This document shows, piece by piece, positions 37,341-50,667 of a stretch of DNA of 64,000 bases. The notes beneath the pieces are model-generated. The model was not told the DNA's origin and ran no database searches. It worked only from the letters and a program-made list of their open reading frames with translations. The DNA is taken from the NCBI RefSeq assembly GCF_001194135.2, contig NC_069008.1, positions 9,052,391 through 9,116,390 on the forward strand. The letters run 5' to 3'. The translations under genes and the position numbers were made by a program. Origin of the DNA: Octopus bimaculoides. Taxonomy: Eukaryota. Every line of letters begins with the position of its first letter. Positions within the stretch are counted from its first letter, which is position 1.

Positions 37341-38661
37341 TGGAGCATACTTATTCGCGCACTTACACTTTCAGAACTTCCTCCACCATTGCTAACTTGG
37401 TCGTCTTGGTAATGGAAGTTACCTACTACTTCAAAGGATCCTTGTTGTCACTTGAGGAAGTCTATTCTCTATACATTCATGGTGTTTATTATATTCACAT
37501 GTCTATCACACACAAAGATTATTTTTTCTATTAACCTTCGTATGATACTACTGCACTTATGTGTCCACAGCTCACACTGTGTACATTGTATGGAGTTCCT
37601 ACGTACACCGTTTCTACTTGTTGAGCAGAGCCATCTCATTGAAGCGATTAACGATTTGGCTGTTTTCCTACTTACTAGGGCTTTGCACTTAGGTAAATTA
37701 ATTCTAAAGCTCTTTGGATCCAGACCTTGCTTCTACACCTGAAATTTTGTCTCTAGTTCAGGTAGCTATAAGAACAAGGTCATCAGCCTAAAGGAACTCC
37801 CAAGGGCAGCTAATCTTAAGTTCTTCTGGAGGACTATCTTTTATCTTTTACTTGTTTTGGTCATTAGACTTCAGCCATGCTGAGGCACTGCCTTGAACAA
37901 TTTGCTTTAGTGGAAAGAATCAACCCCAGAACTTTTTTTTTTTAAGCCTGGTACTTATTCTATCGGTCATCTTTTGCTGAAACACAAAGTTATGGGTACG
38001 AAAACACACCAACACCAGTTGTCAAGTGGTGGTGGGGGACAGACACAGACAGACAGATATACTCTCACACACGTGCACGCACACACACACACACACGCAC
38101 ACACATATATATGACAGGTTTCTTTCAGTTTCCATCTACCAAATCCACTCACAAGGCTTTAGTCGTCTAAGGTGCCTCAGAGTGAGACTGAACCCGGAAC
38201 CATGTGGTTGGGAAGGAAGCTTCTTATCACACAGCCATGCCTGCACCTATGTATATTTCATTTTTGTGTTTGGTTTGCAAGATTCTTGATGTGAATTTGT
38301 GTGTTGAAACAAATTTTGTCATGTCTGGGGAGAGTCATTACACTGATACCAATAACACACGATATTATAACACACACAACAATCAATTCCAGTCCTTTAT
38401 TATTAGTCAACTGGTTAAATATCTACCCAACTAACTAATCAATCAGTTGTTTAACTTGTTGCTGATTAAACAGTGGATTTTTAAAAACTTTTTTTGTTAC
38501 CCAAAGTTCTTTTGCTGCCATTCACAACGATTTCAGTGACTCTTTCTCTCTCTCTCTCTCTCTCTTCCACTTTGCTATTGAGGCCATGTTTGCCTGTCTG
38601 AGACCTAGTTGCTTGCATGTGTGTGTATAGGTGTGTGTTTAAGAGGCAAGGGTGAGTGATA

Positions 38662-38719
38662 ATGACTGACAGGTTTGTGTGTGCGTGTGATTTGTTGCAC
38701 ACACAAACCTGTCAGTCAT
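38662..38719. repeat. Perfect 23-bp stem / 12-nt loop hairpin
   Basis: ATGACTGACAGGTTTGTGTGTGC (38662-84), loop gtgtgatttgtt, then GCACACACAAACCTGTCAGTCAT (38697-719). Imperfect pairing extends further out. Confidence 0.9.
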
Positions 38720-38744
38720 CACCACCCTCCCTTCTTCTCCTAAG

Positions 38745-38826
<82 letters not shown>

Positions 38827-39119
38827 TATTTATATTCATTAAAAACAAAAGCTGGAAAATTTGGTATATTTTTAATTTCATGTTACATGCATTTCATTAT
38901 AGCATAAGAGAGTTCAGTGCCAATTTTGGAAGTCAATTACATTGACTCCAGAGTTGAACTGGTAGTTATTTTATTGACCCGGGAAGGATGAAAGGCAAAG
39001 TCGACCTCAGCAGAATTTGAACTCAGAATATAAAGATGGATGGAATACTGCTAAGCATTTTGTCTGGCGGGCTAACAATTCTACTAGCTCACTGTCTTAT
39101 GTGAATATAATTATAAAAA

Positions 39120-39158
<39 letters not shown>

Positions 39159-39367
39159 TCTACTATAGGTACAAGGCCTGAAATTTGGGGGGAGGGGACC
39201 AGTCAGTTACACTGACCCCGGTGTTTCACTGATACTTAATCTATCAACCCTGAAAGGATGAAAAGCAAAGTTGACCCTGGGGGCATTTGAACTCAGAATG
39301 CCAAGACAGGCAAAATACCGTTTAAGCAGTTTGCCAAGATACTAGCAACCCTGCCAGCTTGCTGCCT

Positions 39368-39433
<66 letters not shown>

Positions 39434-39722
39434 NNNNNNNNNNNNNNNNNNNNNNNNNNNNNNNNNNNNNNNNNNNNNNNNNNNNNNNNNNNNNNNNNNN
39501 NNNNNNNNNNNNNNNNNNNNNNNNNNNNNNNNNNNNNNNNNNNNNNNNNNNNNNNNNNNNNNNNNNNNNNNNNNNNNNNNNNNNNNNNNNNNNNNNNNNN
39601 NNNNNNNNNNNNNNNNNNNNNNNNNNNNNNNNNNNNNNNNNNNNNNNNNNNNNNNNNNNNNNNNNNNNNNNNNNNNNNNNNNNNNNNNNNNNNNNNNNNN
39701 NNNNNNNNNNNNNNNNNNNNNN

Positions 39723-40050
39723 AGGTCATGAATGACCATGCAATTACACCTAGAAAGTAACCCTTCAAGGCACATGTCCGGGCAAGGTTGTTTATGGAAG
39801 ACCAGTAGTCACCCATGCATACCAGCATCCTCTCTTCACGCCACCAATGTCATCGAAGGGAATGGCAAAGGCTGATACAGCTTGGCACCAGTGATGTCTC
39901 AACTCATTTCTACAGCTGAGTGAACTGGAGCAATGTGAAATAAAGTGTCTTGCTTAAGAACACAACACACAGCCCAGTTTGGGAACTGAACTCACTACCT
40001 CATGATTGTGAGCCTGGAACTCTGACCACTGAGCTATGCACCTTCACACA
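39723..40050 (-). mobile_element. tRNA-derived SINE with Deu/Nin-type domain
   Basis: Contains cagctgagtgaactggagcaatgtgaaataaagtgtcttgcttaagaacacaac and a tRNA-like head at ~39985-40045 on the minus strand. Confidence 0.7.
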
Positions 40051-40239
40051 TGTAGAACACCTGCATGGGATTTCTTATCTGCAATTCCTCAGACAAAGTT
40101 TCAAAAATGATTATTGGAATGTGTAGATGTACTTCATGATGACATAGCTTAGATCATAGCCCCTGCTATTCACTAATCATTTATTTCATGTATGAATATG
40201 TGTATTTAGTGCAAGTAAAAATGTTTGGATGTGTATGTA

Positions 40240-40456
40240 TGAGAGGGTGCTGAAAAGTTCCTGGCTTTGGGTAAAATAAAATACAGGAGGGTCAGTTAAT
40301 TATGGTTTTATACAACACATTCCCCTCTCAGATTCACACAGTTATTGCAGTGGTCCTTCAGTTTTTCTAAGCCCTGTAAAAAGAACTCAGAACGTTGGGC
40401 CCCTAATCAGGCCTTTTGTAATACACTTAGAGCCAGGAACTTTCAGCACCCCTTCA
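40240..40456 (-). mobile_element. Mariner-derived MITE, same family as 3363-3551, opposite orientation
   Basis: TIRs TGAGAGGGTGCTGAAAAGTTCC / GGAACTTTCAGCACCCCTTCA with TA flanks. The interior is the reverse complement of the 3.4-kb copy. Confidence 0.85.
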
Positions 40457-40560
40457 TACATGTCTGTATGAAATGAATATAAATTGAAATATAAATTGAT
40501 TTAAACTTACATAAAAATATACTTATATTCATTTATATATTAGATAAGTTTGTGAATGGA

Positions 40561-40605
<45 letters not shown>

Positions 40606-43600
40606 CATCATCATCATCATCATCATCATTGTTTGCTTTCCATGCTTAGCATTGGTTGGACGATTTGACTGGGGACTGGTGAAACCAGATGGCTACACCA
40701 GGCTCCAATCTGATTTGGCAGAGTTTCTTCAGCTGGATGCCCTTCCTAACGCCAACCACTCCGAGAGTGTAGTGGGGGCTTTTATGTGCCACNNNNNNNN
40801 NNNNNNNNNNNNNNNNNNNNNNNNNNNNNNNNNNNNNNNNNNNNNNNNNNNNNNNNNNNNNNNNNNNNNNNNNNNNNNNNNNNNNNNNNNNNNNNNNNNN
40901 NNNNNNNNNNNNNNNNNNNNNNNNNNNNNNNNNNNNNNNNNNNNNNNNNNNNNNNNNNNNNNNNNNNNNNNNNNNNNNNNNNNNNNNNNNNNNNNNNNNN
41001 NNNNNNNNNNNNNNNNNNNNNNNNNNNNNNNNNNNNNNNNNNNNNNNNNNNNNNNNNNNNNNNNNNNNNNNNNNNNNNNNNNNNNNNNNNNNNNNNNNNN
41101 NNNNNNNNNNNNNNNNNNNNNNNNNNNNNNNNNNNNNNNNNNNNNNNNNNNNNNNNNNNNNNNNNNNNNNNNNNNNNNNNNNNNNNNNNNNNNNNNNNNN
41201 NNNNNNNNNNNNNNNNNNNNNNNNNNNNNNNNNNNNNNNNNNNNNNNNNNNNNNNNNNNNNNNNNNNNNNNNNNNNNNNNNNNNNNNNNNNNNNNNNNNN
41301 NNNNNNNNNNNNNNNNNNNNNNNNNNNNNNNNNNNNNNNNNNNNNNNNNNNNNNNNNNNNNNNNNNNNNNNNNNNNNNNNNNNNNNNNNNNNNNNNNNNN
41401 NNNNNNNNNNNNNNNNNNNNNNNNNNNNNNNNNNNNNNNNNNNNNNNNNNNNNNNNNNNNNNNNNNNNNNNNNNNNNNNNNNNNNNNNNNNNNNNNNNNN
41501 NNNNNNNNNNNNNNNNNNNNNNNNNNNNNNNNNNNNNNNNNNNNNNNNNNAAGACAAATGAAAATATACAAAATAAAAAAGAAATAAAATATTTTTTATT
41601 TTTTTATTTTATATATTTTCATTTGTCTTGCTCATTTTTACAGTCTGGCGTCTTGCTGAAATTTTTTCCTTGAGAACATACTCTTCGTGGTTAGGTGATT
41701 TAGCATTTATTTCTAGCATATAGGAGTCCACTTTTGGTGGTCATTCCTCTTAATTTTGTATGTAATATAATTTTAATCTTCATATTTTTTTAAATATGCT
41801 AAGCCACTGGTTTTAATTGATTAATATCAATTTCTACCCTCATTATTAAATTTTATATATATATATATAGGCATGACTGTGTGGGGAAGAAGCTAACTTT
41901 ACAATCATGTGGATTCAGTTTCAGCCTCATTGCACTGTGAGTGAATTTGGTAGAAGAAAATTAAGCTTATTGTGTGTGTGCGTGTACATATATATATATG
42001 TGTACATGTGTGTGTGGTTTGTTTATGTCTTTGGAACTTAGTAGTTCAGCAAAAGAAACCAAGAGAATAAGTACCAGACTTAGTACAGGAGTTGATTTGT
42101 TCAACTAATCCCTCCAAGGCAGTGCCCTGGAATGACTGCAGTCCTATGGCTGAAACCAGTAGAAGATAAAAAATATATTAGCTTGTATATAATATAAATT
42201 TAAATATGACATATTGATTCAAAATTGTAGATATAGAGTTATGCAATTTTCTATTTGTGTTTGTGCATACAACACATACGCATATACATATATACGGTAA
42301 TACACATTGACTTTTTAGGCCGTGAATAAATTATTTGTTTAGTGTTATTCTATGTTTGATGCAGAAAGTCACTGACTATTCACGCTTGCAGCAATGTCCA
42401 TTCTTTTAATAGCCACTGGCTGCAGCATCAGCAGAGAAAGCATCGCCATCATCTTCATCATCAATAGAAGTATGTGTAGTAGCATCTCCTTACTTGTCTG
42501 CACTTCTTCTTCATTTTCTACACTCATGATATGGTGGGCTAAAGTGGGAATTTCTCTGTTTGATTGCTTGATTTGCTGAAAATTGCAGAGAAATCTCCCA
42601 TCAAATTTTTATTGAGGAAGAAAATAGGACACAAATGATCATGTCTGTGTGCTGGATCAAAGACTAACCTGGGGTTAAACATAAACACTGGCAAGACTCC
42701 AACTGCCTAGGAGACCAGAAAATGTACCTCAAACTAGCTTTTTGCCTTGTTAGATATAGCAACTAAACCTTCCTCAAATCAGACCACATCCATCTTTGGC
42801 TACCATAGTTTGAGATACTTTTAAGTTTAGATGCTCATGGATGGTATGTGTTTAAATATAGATTTGCTCCATCAGTGTTGAGCTGGAGATTAAACCGCAA
42901 GACCACTGTATGGTAATGGTAATTGTTTAATAGCCCTAATCCAGCTGACCTATGCTCAAAGGGTGTTTTGGCCTTGATTACCTCATTTTATATTCAGACA
43001 TATTGTATTTGCTGAAGCCCTTCACACCCTTTGCAGCATAGGCTATCTACAACTTTTCTCCCTCTGTTCTTGATTCTGGGTTGTCTTTTCTGCTTCTCTC
43101 TAGTAGATCCCTGCTTTTTCACCTCAGTATCCTGTCTCCAACTATTTTTATGGCATATGTTTACTTGAGGGAAGGCCTTCCACGCCCAGATCTCATTGGT
43201 TTCGAATTTTCACCAATACCTCTGTGACCTTGCCTTTTATCTAGGTAGGAGTGTTGGCCTTACATAAACCTATTTCTACCTCTGAGAGGAGGTGTTCCAT
43301 ATTAATTTGGCCTCTGTTCTTTGACCTGTTCAGCATGGCAGACCCTAATCAGGGCAGAATTATTGAGGCACACAAGTCATCACATCACAACAAGGATTGA
43401 ACCTTACAGTAGATAATGTAACTAAGATTACATTATTTAATGTCCTTATCTTTGTTCTTGTCTTATCCCACGTTGGCCCTGATCCAACTGACATTTGATC
43501 AAAGATGTTCCCTGACAGTCCATCTTTTTTCCAGACATTGTGATCTTATGTGTCCTCTGTCGTTGCTTTGCCCCAAATCAGTCCTGATCTAGCTTGTTTA

Positions 43601-44191
43601 TGATCAGAAATGCTCCAACTGCACTACTATCGATTATTTAGACAAACTGCATCTTGGTCTACTGTTATCTAGTGTGACTCTGTCATGGTTAAATCCCTAA
43701 TCCATCCGATTTACTTTAATCAAAGGGGTTCCAGTCATGACCATCTTGGATTACATTATCTGTATCCTTTCTTGTTGTTTACGCTTGGGTCATCTCTGAT
43801 CCAGCTTGTCTGGTCAGTCTTGGCCATCAGATCATATATATATTCAGACCTATGTAGTATATTTAGGACTATGCTACTCAATCTATTTTTCTTTTAAACA
43901 GCAGAGTATGAAGTTGTGTTATTGTGTAGTAGCCATTATACCATCATTACCATAATCAGTTGTGGTAGTAATTGTAGCAGCATCTCTTCAGATCCATCCA
44001 GGCACTAAACTACTCTGAGTTGTGGTGTAAAGTGATGTGTTGCAGATGATACAAAGTCGAGAAGTCCCCATTCCCCATCTCTTGTTTCTCTCCCACATGT
44101 GCATGATGATAGATTAATTATAAGCTTGGTATGGGTTATTTAATATGTGTGCTACTATGTATGTTAAGTGTACCCATTGTATGTATGTTAA

Positions 44192-44258
<67 letters not shown>

Positions 44259-44706
44259 GGGTTAATGTTTATCTGCTGATATGTTAGTGTACTCATGGGA
44301 TGGATGTATGTTAATGTGTGGATTTGTGTGCTTGCATATGTATGATGTGTGCACATTATGCTTGCAAGTATGTGTTTGTGCATCTTTATAAATGTATACT
44401 CATTGTTACTATATATGTATTTCTTCATGTTTTTTTTCTTACTTCTCTTCCTTTTGCCCTCACACTCTTCCCCTTTGCTCTCAAACTACTCCTCTCACTA
44501 TTCCTCCTAATTTCTCTTTCTCTCACTCTCCCCCACCCTTTGTTCTTCTATAATCAATTGTTACCATGGTGATTTGTCTTCCATTCTCCAATCAATTAAC
44601 CAATGATGTGAAAGTCCACACAGTTCTGGAAAAACTGATGTCCTGAGTCCCCTTCTCTCTTTTATTCCTTTCATCTCACTTGCTCATCCACTCCCTCTCT
44701 CCTTTA

Positions 44707-44753
<47 letters not shown>

Positions 44754-44857
44754 ACTTTATTCTTTCTTTTTAAACATTGTTTTATTTAATTGCTTTCTGG
44801 AGTCATTTTCTTGCTCTTTTCTCTCTCTCTTTGCTTTTTCCTCTCTTTCTCTCTCTT

Positions 44858-44891
<34 letters not shown>

Positions 44892-44893
44892 AG

Positions 44894-44915
44894 CATTTTG
44901 TTATAAAGGCCCATG
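44894..44915 (+). other. Candidate 22-nt micro-exon upstream of the first visible FLOT2 exon
   Basis: A long CT tract plus CAG acceptor, then CATTTTGTTATAAAGGCCCATG, then a consensus GTGAGT donor. Read as HFVIKAH+G it is phase-compatible with the exon at 50668. Confidence 0.4.
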
Positions 44916-45272
44916 GTGAGTTTGTTGGTGTGTTTAGACTGATTTTTAAAGGTCATTGTTACAGAAAGCCAAGTATTGGAAAAGACACTTGAACCGAGTC
45001 TTATACATACATATGTGTGTGTGTGTGTGTGACAGATTATATATCTTAATGTGTATATAATGATGCATGTAATTGGCTCCACAGTTAACAAGTTTGCTTT
45101 GTAATCATTTATAAAGATGCACTGTCTTTGCTTTGGACATATATGAAAATTTTGGTGATAAACAAAAGCCATTAGTGTATTACATAGTGAGCAATAAGCA
45201 TCAATGTTTTGAGCCATAAACTCTTTGTTATGAAGGAAAACGGTTGATAAATATTGGAATGAAAGTGTGTAG

Positions 45273-45304
<32 letters not shown>

Positions 45305-45439
45305 TTTCTGGCTGAGAATGTAATGAGCTGTGAATAATTGTAGATCATATGTGAAAAAGAAAGAAAAAAGGGAGTGGACCACGGTGACAGGCATAAAAGA
45401 GTGAGTAAAAGAATAGTGGAAGGGAATGGTGAGTGGGTG

Positions 45440-45700
45440 GAAGCTTGTATGTATGAACAGGTGGGGAGGAGCTCAGACAAAAGTCAATTTCAGCTGGAAG
45501 AGTTATTCTCAACTGGAAGATTAATTTTTGTTCCTTGAGGAGTCGGGTGGTAGATGGGCTATGGTGCTGGAGAATACCACCAAATACATCAAATGAAGGG
45601 ATCAAGGTTGTTTAGGTGATGGGCTTTTGTGATGCATTACTGTGGCATCCTACATCATACATTCAGCAACTTCTCTATGAATTGATTTGTTAAACTTCAA
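45440..45700 (-). mobile_element. Penelope-like GIY-YIG C-terminal remnant
   Basis: Minus translation ...MHHKSPS...STTRLLKEQKLIFQLRITLPAEIDF resembles the R-x-x-E-Q-x-x-I-x-x-L-x-T-L-x-P end of PLE ORFs. It lies next to a ~260-bp tandem duplication (45724-46125). Confidence 0.4.
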
Positions 45701-47004
45701 CAAGTCTCACACTGTATTTATCAACATACAAGTCAATTTTAGTATATAGTCTAAGCATGTAATGTAAACATTCAAACATCTTTATCTTTCCAAATCCTGC
45801 TGTATTTCACTTGGAATTTTTGCTCCTTCAAAGTTGTCTTGGAGTATACATCAACCTACCTTTTTTGGTTGTAAATTTTGTTTTGTAAAATTCAACTTGT
45901 TTCCTGGAAGATGAAGTATTTTACAATAAAAACTGATCAAGAAAGACATATTGAAACATAGGTGAAATACTTTACTTTTCTGACATACAAGTTGATGTAG
46001 TGTAAACATTCAAGCAACATCACTATCTCTTCAAATCCTGCTGTATTTCATACGGGATTTTTGCTATGCCGAAGCCACTTTGGTGTATAAATCAATCTAC
46101 CTTTTTGCTTTGGCTGTAAATATTGGTCTGAAAAATTTTGGCATGGCTGTATAAGAAGCTTGCTTCCCAACCACATGGTTTCAGGTTCAGTCCTACTGAG
46201 TGGCCCTTGGGCAAATGTCTTCTACTATAGCCTCCAGGGATTTGGTTGATGAAAACTGAGAGAAGCCTGTCATATATGTGTGTGTTTGTGTTTGTCACCC
46301 ACCACTGCTTGACAATGGGTGTTGGTGTATTTATGTCCTCCATAACCTAGTGCTTCATCAAAGGAGACCGATAGGATAAGTACCAGGCTTAACAAATATT
46401 AAGTACTAGATTCAATTCATTTGACTAAAAAAAATAGCAAAAATATCCTTCAAGGCAGTGCCTTTGCATGGCCACACCCTAATGACTGAAACAAGTAACA
46501 AATAAAAGATGTATCCTGCAAAGTATGGTCCATATTGGACTCTACAATTTTAATGCAATAAAGGTCACTTTTGAGGATGCATATCTTGGGTTGACTAATA
46601 GTTTATGATTGAAAACTGATGAACAGAGAATGAGTGTCGAAGTACACTGTGTGGAATGTGTTTCTATCAGTATAAAGTGAGAATTGGTACATTTAAACAG
46701 AAATGTTCTACAGTATTAAGTACTTTTGCTTTACATGCATATTGACTTGGCAGTTCATATCTATCAAACATGATGGAATAGGTACCAGAAAAAGTATCAG
46801 GGTTGCTATAATGAGCTAAAACCACCTGAAGGCTGTGCCACACCATACTTGCAGTCTAATGAAGGAAACCTATAAAAGCAACTGTGTATTGTTTATGTGT
46901 GTGTGTGTGTAATGTCAAAGGTTATCTAAAATGATGATGATTGTGATGTAATTGATCAGCTCCCTCCCACAAAATCTCGGACATTGTGCCCATAGTAGAA
47001 AAGA

Positions 47005-47380
47005 TTAGAATCGTTAGCATGCTGGACAAACTGCTTAGTGGCATTTCAGCTGTCTTTGTTTTTTGAGTTCAAATTCCACTGAGATCAACTTGCCTTTCAT
47101 CCTTTCAAGGTTGATAAATTAAGTACCAGTTGAGTACTGGGGGGGGGGGGGTCAATGTAATTGACTTAGTTTTTCCCTAAAATTGCTGGCTTGCTTCGCT
47201 GCTTGCTTCATGTTCTTGCTTAATGGGGCTGGGGTCATCCCAAGTTAGTGGTCCCAGAGATGTCATCATGTGTAGAGCTGACCAGGTCCACCAGTGCTCT
47301 CCATTGCTGGCAGTCCTATGCCAGCCCCTCTGCATTCGCCAATGTGCTGGCCTTGTGCCAAAATTTGAAACCATTATGTT
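47005..47380 (+). mobile_element. tRNA-derived SINE with Meta-type core, interrupted by a 154-bp RTE-like 3' insertion (47191-47344)
   Basis: Head ...gagttcaaattccactgagatcaacttgcctttcatcctttcaaggttgataaattaagtaccag. The insert is flanked by a TGCTGGC duplication (47184-90, 47345-51) and carries an (AAGC)n tail on the minus strand. Sister SINEs are at ~4770, 5935, 38930, 39170, 49430, 50825 and 60140. Confidence 0.75.
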
Positions 47381-48144
47381 CAACCAATGCCAGTATGGGA
47401 AACAGACATTTAAGGATGAACCTACAATAGACTGATGTCCTATTCAGGAAGTGATTCTGCCCCCTCCTCCTATAAATTTTATCTTATCCTCAGTACACTT
47501 AGTTAACAATAGCCACATAACAAGGCTTGTGGGAGAATATTACTTGTGGTAGACTGCTCTCTTATCCAGTCGACCAATTAACTCCAGGCAGCAAATTGGC
47601 CATTATTATAGCATCAGATGGTTCTCAATGTTTTGTGTTCAAATACTCCTGAGGTCAGTTTTGTTTCCATTCTTTTGAAATTGATAAAATACCAGTCCTG
47701 CACTGGTGTAAATTCTTATCTATCTTTGTTTCTTTCTTTTTCCCATCCTTTTTTTTTCTTTCTTGACTCTGGAGCCATGTTATTGGGAAGCAAACTTCTT
47801 ACCACACAGCCATGCCTGTGCCTAATCTATATGCATCTACATATTTTGTTGAACTGTACCCACCGCCATCACCACCACCCTAGCTGCTACTGCTACTGCT
47901 GCCACATCATATGCATACTTTATCTCTGCTAATTCAGAGAGCTTGTGTAATTATTATGACTACCACTACTACTAATGCTATTTCCTCCACTGCCACCACC
48001 AACCACCGTTACTATTACCACTGCTATGACAACCACCACAACTGGCTTCACCATCACCACCACCTCCACCACCACTATTACCACTACTACTACGTGACTC
48101 TTTCAGTTGATGGCAGCACAATGTCTGCTACTGACTTACTAAGA

Positions 48145-48241
<97 letters not shown>

Positions 48242-48552
48242 ATAGGCCTGTGTGCATGTGCATGCATGCTTGTGTGTGTATGTATGAGTGTGATCATATA
48301 CAACTTTGACAGTTGCTAGGGAAAAAAACAGATCGACAACCAATTGAGTATATCATTGACTAAGCTGCAATAACTTCATCATTGTATATTTGCATGTGTG
48401 TGATGTTTATTCTTGTGTCTCTTGAACAGGGATTGCATTTCCAATCCATAGTCTCATTTTAATCAGTCTCTTTTGGTCAACTGTATACATCAGTTAATTG
48501 TGTATAATCAGCTGAAGGCCCTAACTCAATGACACTTGTAATATAATCTGTT

Positions 48553-48672
48553 TCCTTTATGCATATCATGTTGAATACACCAATTCTCATCTGATCACCG
48601 AAGTTAAGCAATGTTGAGCCTAGTAAGTACTTAGATGGTTGACCACTTAGGAAACCTAAGTACTGTCAGCAT
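48553..48672 (+). pseudogene. 5S rRNA pseudogene (or 5S-derived SINE head)
   Basis: catatcatgttgaatacaccaattctcatctgatcaccgaagttaagcaatgttgagcctagtaagtacttagatggttgaccacttaggaaacctaagtactgtcagcat aligns colinearly with invertebrate 5S rRNA, including box A (AGTTAAGC) and box C. Most differences are CpG>TpG/CpA. Confidence 0.85.
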
Positions 48673-48683
48673 CTCACGCTATA

Positions 48684-49060
48684 GGCACAGGCATGGATGT
48701 GTGGTAAGAAGTTTACTTCCAAGCCACATGGTTCCGGGTTCAGTCCCACTGCATGACACCTTGGGCAAGTGTCTTCTACCACAGCCTTGGGCCAATCAAA
48801 GCCTTGTGAGTGGATTTGGTAGATAGAAACTGAAAGAAGCCCATTGTGTGTGTATCTGTGTCCCACCCCTGCCCACCACTATTGCTTGACAACTGGTGAT
48901 TTGTGTCCTCGTAATGTAGCAGTTCAGCAAAAGAGATTGATAGAGTAAGTACTAGGCTTACAAAGAATAAGTCCAGGGGTTGATTTCTTCAACTAAAACT
49001 CTTCAAGGTGGTGAGCTAGCATGGCCGCAGCCAAACGACTGAAGCAAATAAAGGAATAAA
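48684..49060 (+). mobile_element. tRNA-derived SINE (OR-type) directly downstream of the 5S copy
   Basis: Typical head ggcacaggcatggatgtgtggtaagaag...ggttcagtcccactg, core and tail. Confidence 0.85.
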
Positions 49061-50667
49061 GCTGCACCAGGCTCTGTATACATTTAACACCTGATTATAT
49101 TGAGCACTTTTATTCTTGTACTTTATAAAATAAAGACCATTACCTTTTACTTGTTTCAGTCATAAGACTGTGGTTTTGCATTACTTTGAAGGGTTTAACT
49201 GGTCAGCTTAAGACTATAGTAGAAAAAGCTGACCCTGAGTGTCATACAGTGAGATTGAACCTGAAACCATGCTATTGCAATGTGAGCTTCTTAACCACAT
49301 GGACTTGCCCGTGCCTAGAATCAAACAGTTATTGTTATCCAAATCAGTGGATATTAAGCATATTCAAGATGCTGTTATATCTTCTAGTCAATGTTAGCAA
49401 CCTGTTATTATTATTTAAGAGGTTATATAAGGTGACAAGCTGGCAGAATCGTTAGCACGCCGACCAGTATTTCACCCATCACTAATGTTTGGAGTTCAAA
49501 TTCCACCAAGGTCAACTTTGCCTTTTATCATTTCATGGTCGATAAATTTAGTACCAGTTAAACACTGAGGTCAATATGATCGACTGGTCCCCTTCCCTCA
49601 AATTTCAGGCTTTGTGCCTTTAATAGAAAGGATCATTTAAGAAGCTCTTGTGTCCCAGGATGATCCCAATAAGTGGCTTCTGTTGTATGTTGTAACTATT
49701 TTGGTCTTCATACCAGCTTATGATCTCAGACCAAAAACTATTTACTAAACAGTGAACTGGTAGAATCATTAGAGCATCCATGGAAATGCTTTTATGATCA
49801 AAGTTCAAGTTCTGCTGAGGTAAGCTTCTAAAGCTTTTTAGACTTTAACCTCACTTTGCAACTACATCATTTTAGGTTCAGTCCCACTGTGCAACACTTT
49901 GGGCAAATGTCTTCGACTGTAGTCTAGAACTGTGATTCACTGAAAGAGACCAAAAGAATAAGTGCCAGATTAAAAAAAAAAAAAAGAAGAAAAAAGTATT
50001 GGAGTGATTTGTTTTTAAACTTTTAAAATAATTCTTTAGCTTTCAGTTTATTGTCAAATGTAATGCTTATTCATTCATGCTGTTTTGAATTAATCTTGCA
50101 TTATCTCTAGCCTTGAAATTTCGATGATACAATTTTATAATTTTTGAATGGCATTGTAGGGTAGGTGTGAGAGGTTAGATGTGGTTAGTTTTTATTCTTT
50201 TATTCTTCTTTTGGACTTATTTCTTAACCTTAGTACTTATTCTGTCAGTCTCTTTTGCTGTATCATTAGGTNNNNNNNNNNNNNNNNNNNNNNNNNNNNN
50301 NNNNNNNNNNNNNNNNNNNNNNNNNNNNNNNACACACACACACACACACACACATCTAACAAGCTTTCTTCAGTGTTCGTCTTTCAAATCCACTCACAGG
50401 GCCCTAATAGAAAACACTCGCTGAAGGTACTGTGCAGTGGGACTGAACCCAGAACCATGTAGTTGGGAAGCAAGCTTCTTACCACACAGACATGCCAGAA
50501 CATAAAACAGAATATTAGGGCCAGATGTGGCCATTTAAATGCTAAAAGAGTTAAACCCTGCAAAGTGGTGCTGTAGCATGACTGCTTTCCAATGAGTGAA
50601 ACAAATAAATATAAAATTACTACACCTTAAAAAAACTAATATTTTGTTTCTTTTTCTTGTTTGACAG

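Noticed and set aside
40556-41673. Long ORFs of 200-360 aa (also 18447-19308, 39293-39828, 55716-56195, 60298-61253)
   Set aside because: They are artefacts of N gaps (poly-X). Only the flotillin part of 60395-61480 is real.
42361-42600. Unique-looking segment with short ORFs on both strands
   Set aside because: All frames stop quickly, there is no convincing splice-site pair, and no peptide is recognisable.
47911-48309. His/Thr/Tyr-rich ORF
   Set aside because: It is made of (CAC/TAC)n trinucleotide and (GT)n repeats.
1-50667. Search for the canonical FLOT2 first coding exon (MGNxHTxGPNEALxxSG)
   Set aside because: No match found by eye. It is presumably upstream of the window, inside an N gap, or replaced, so it is not annotated.
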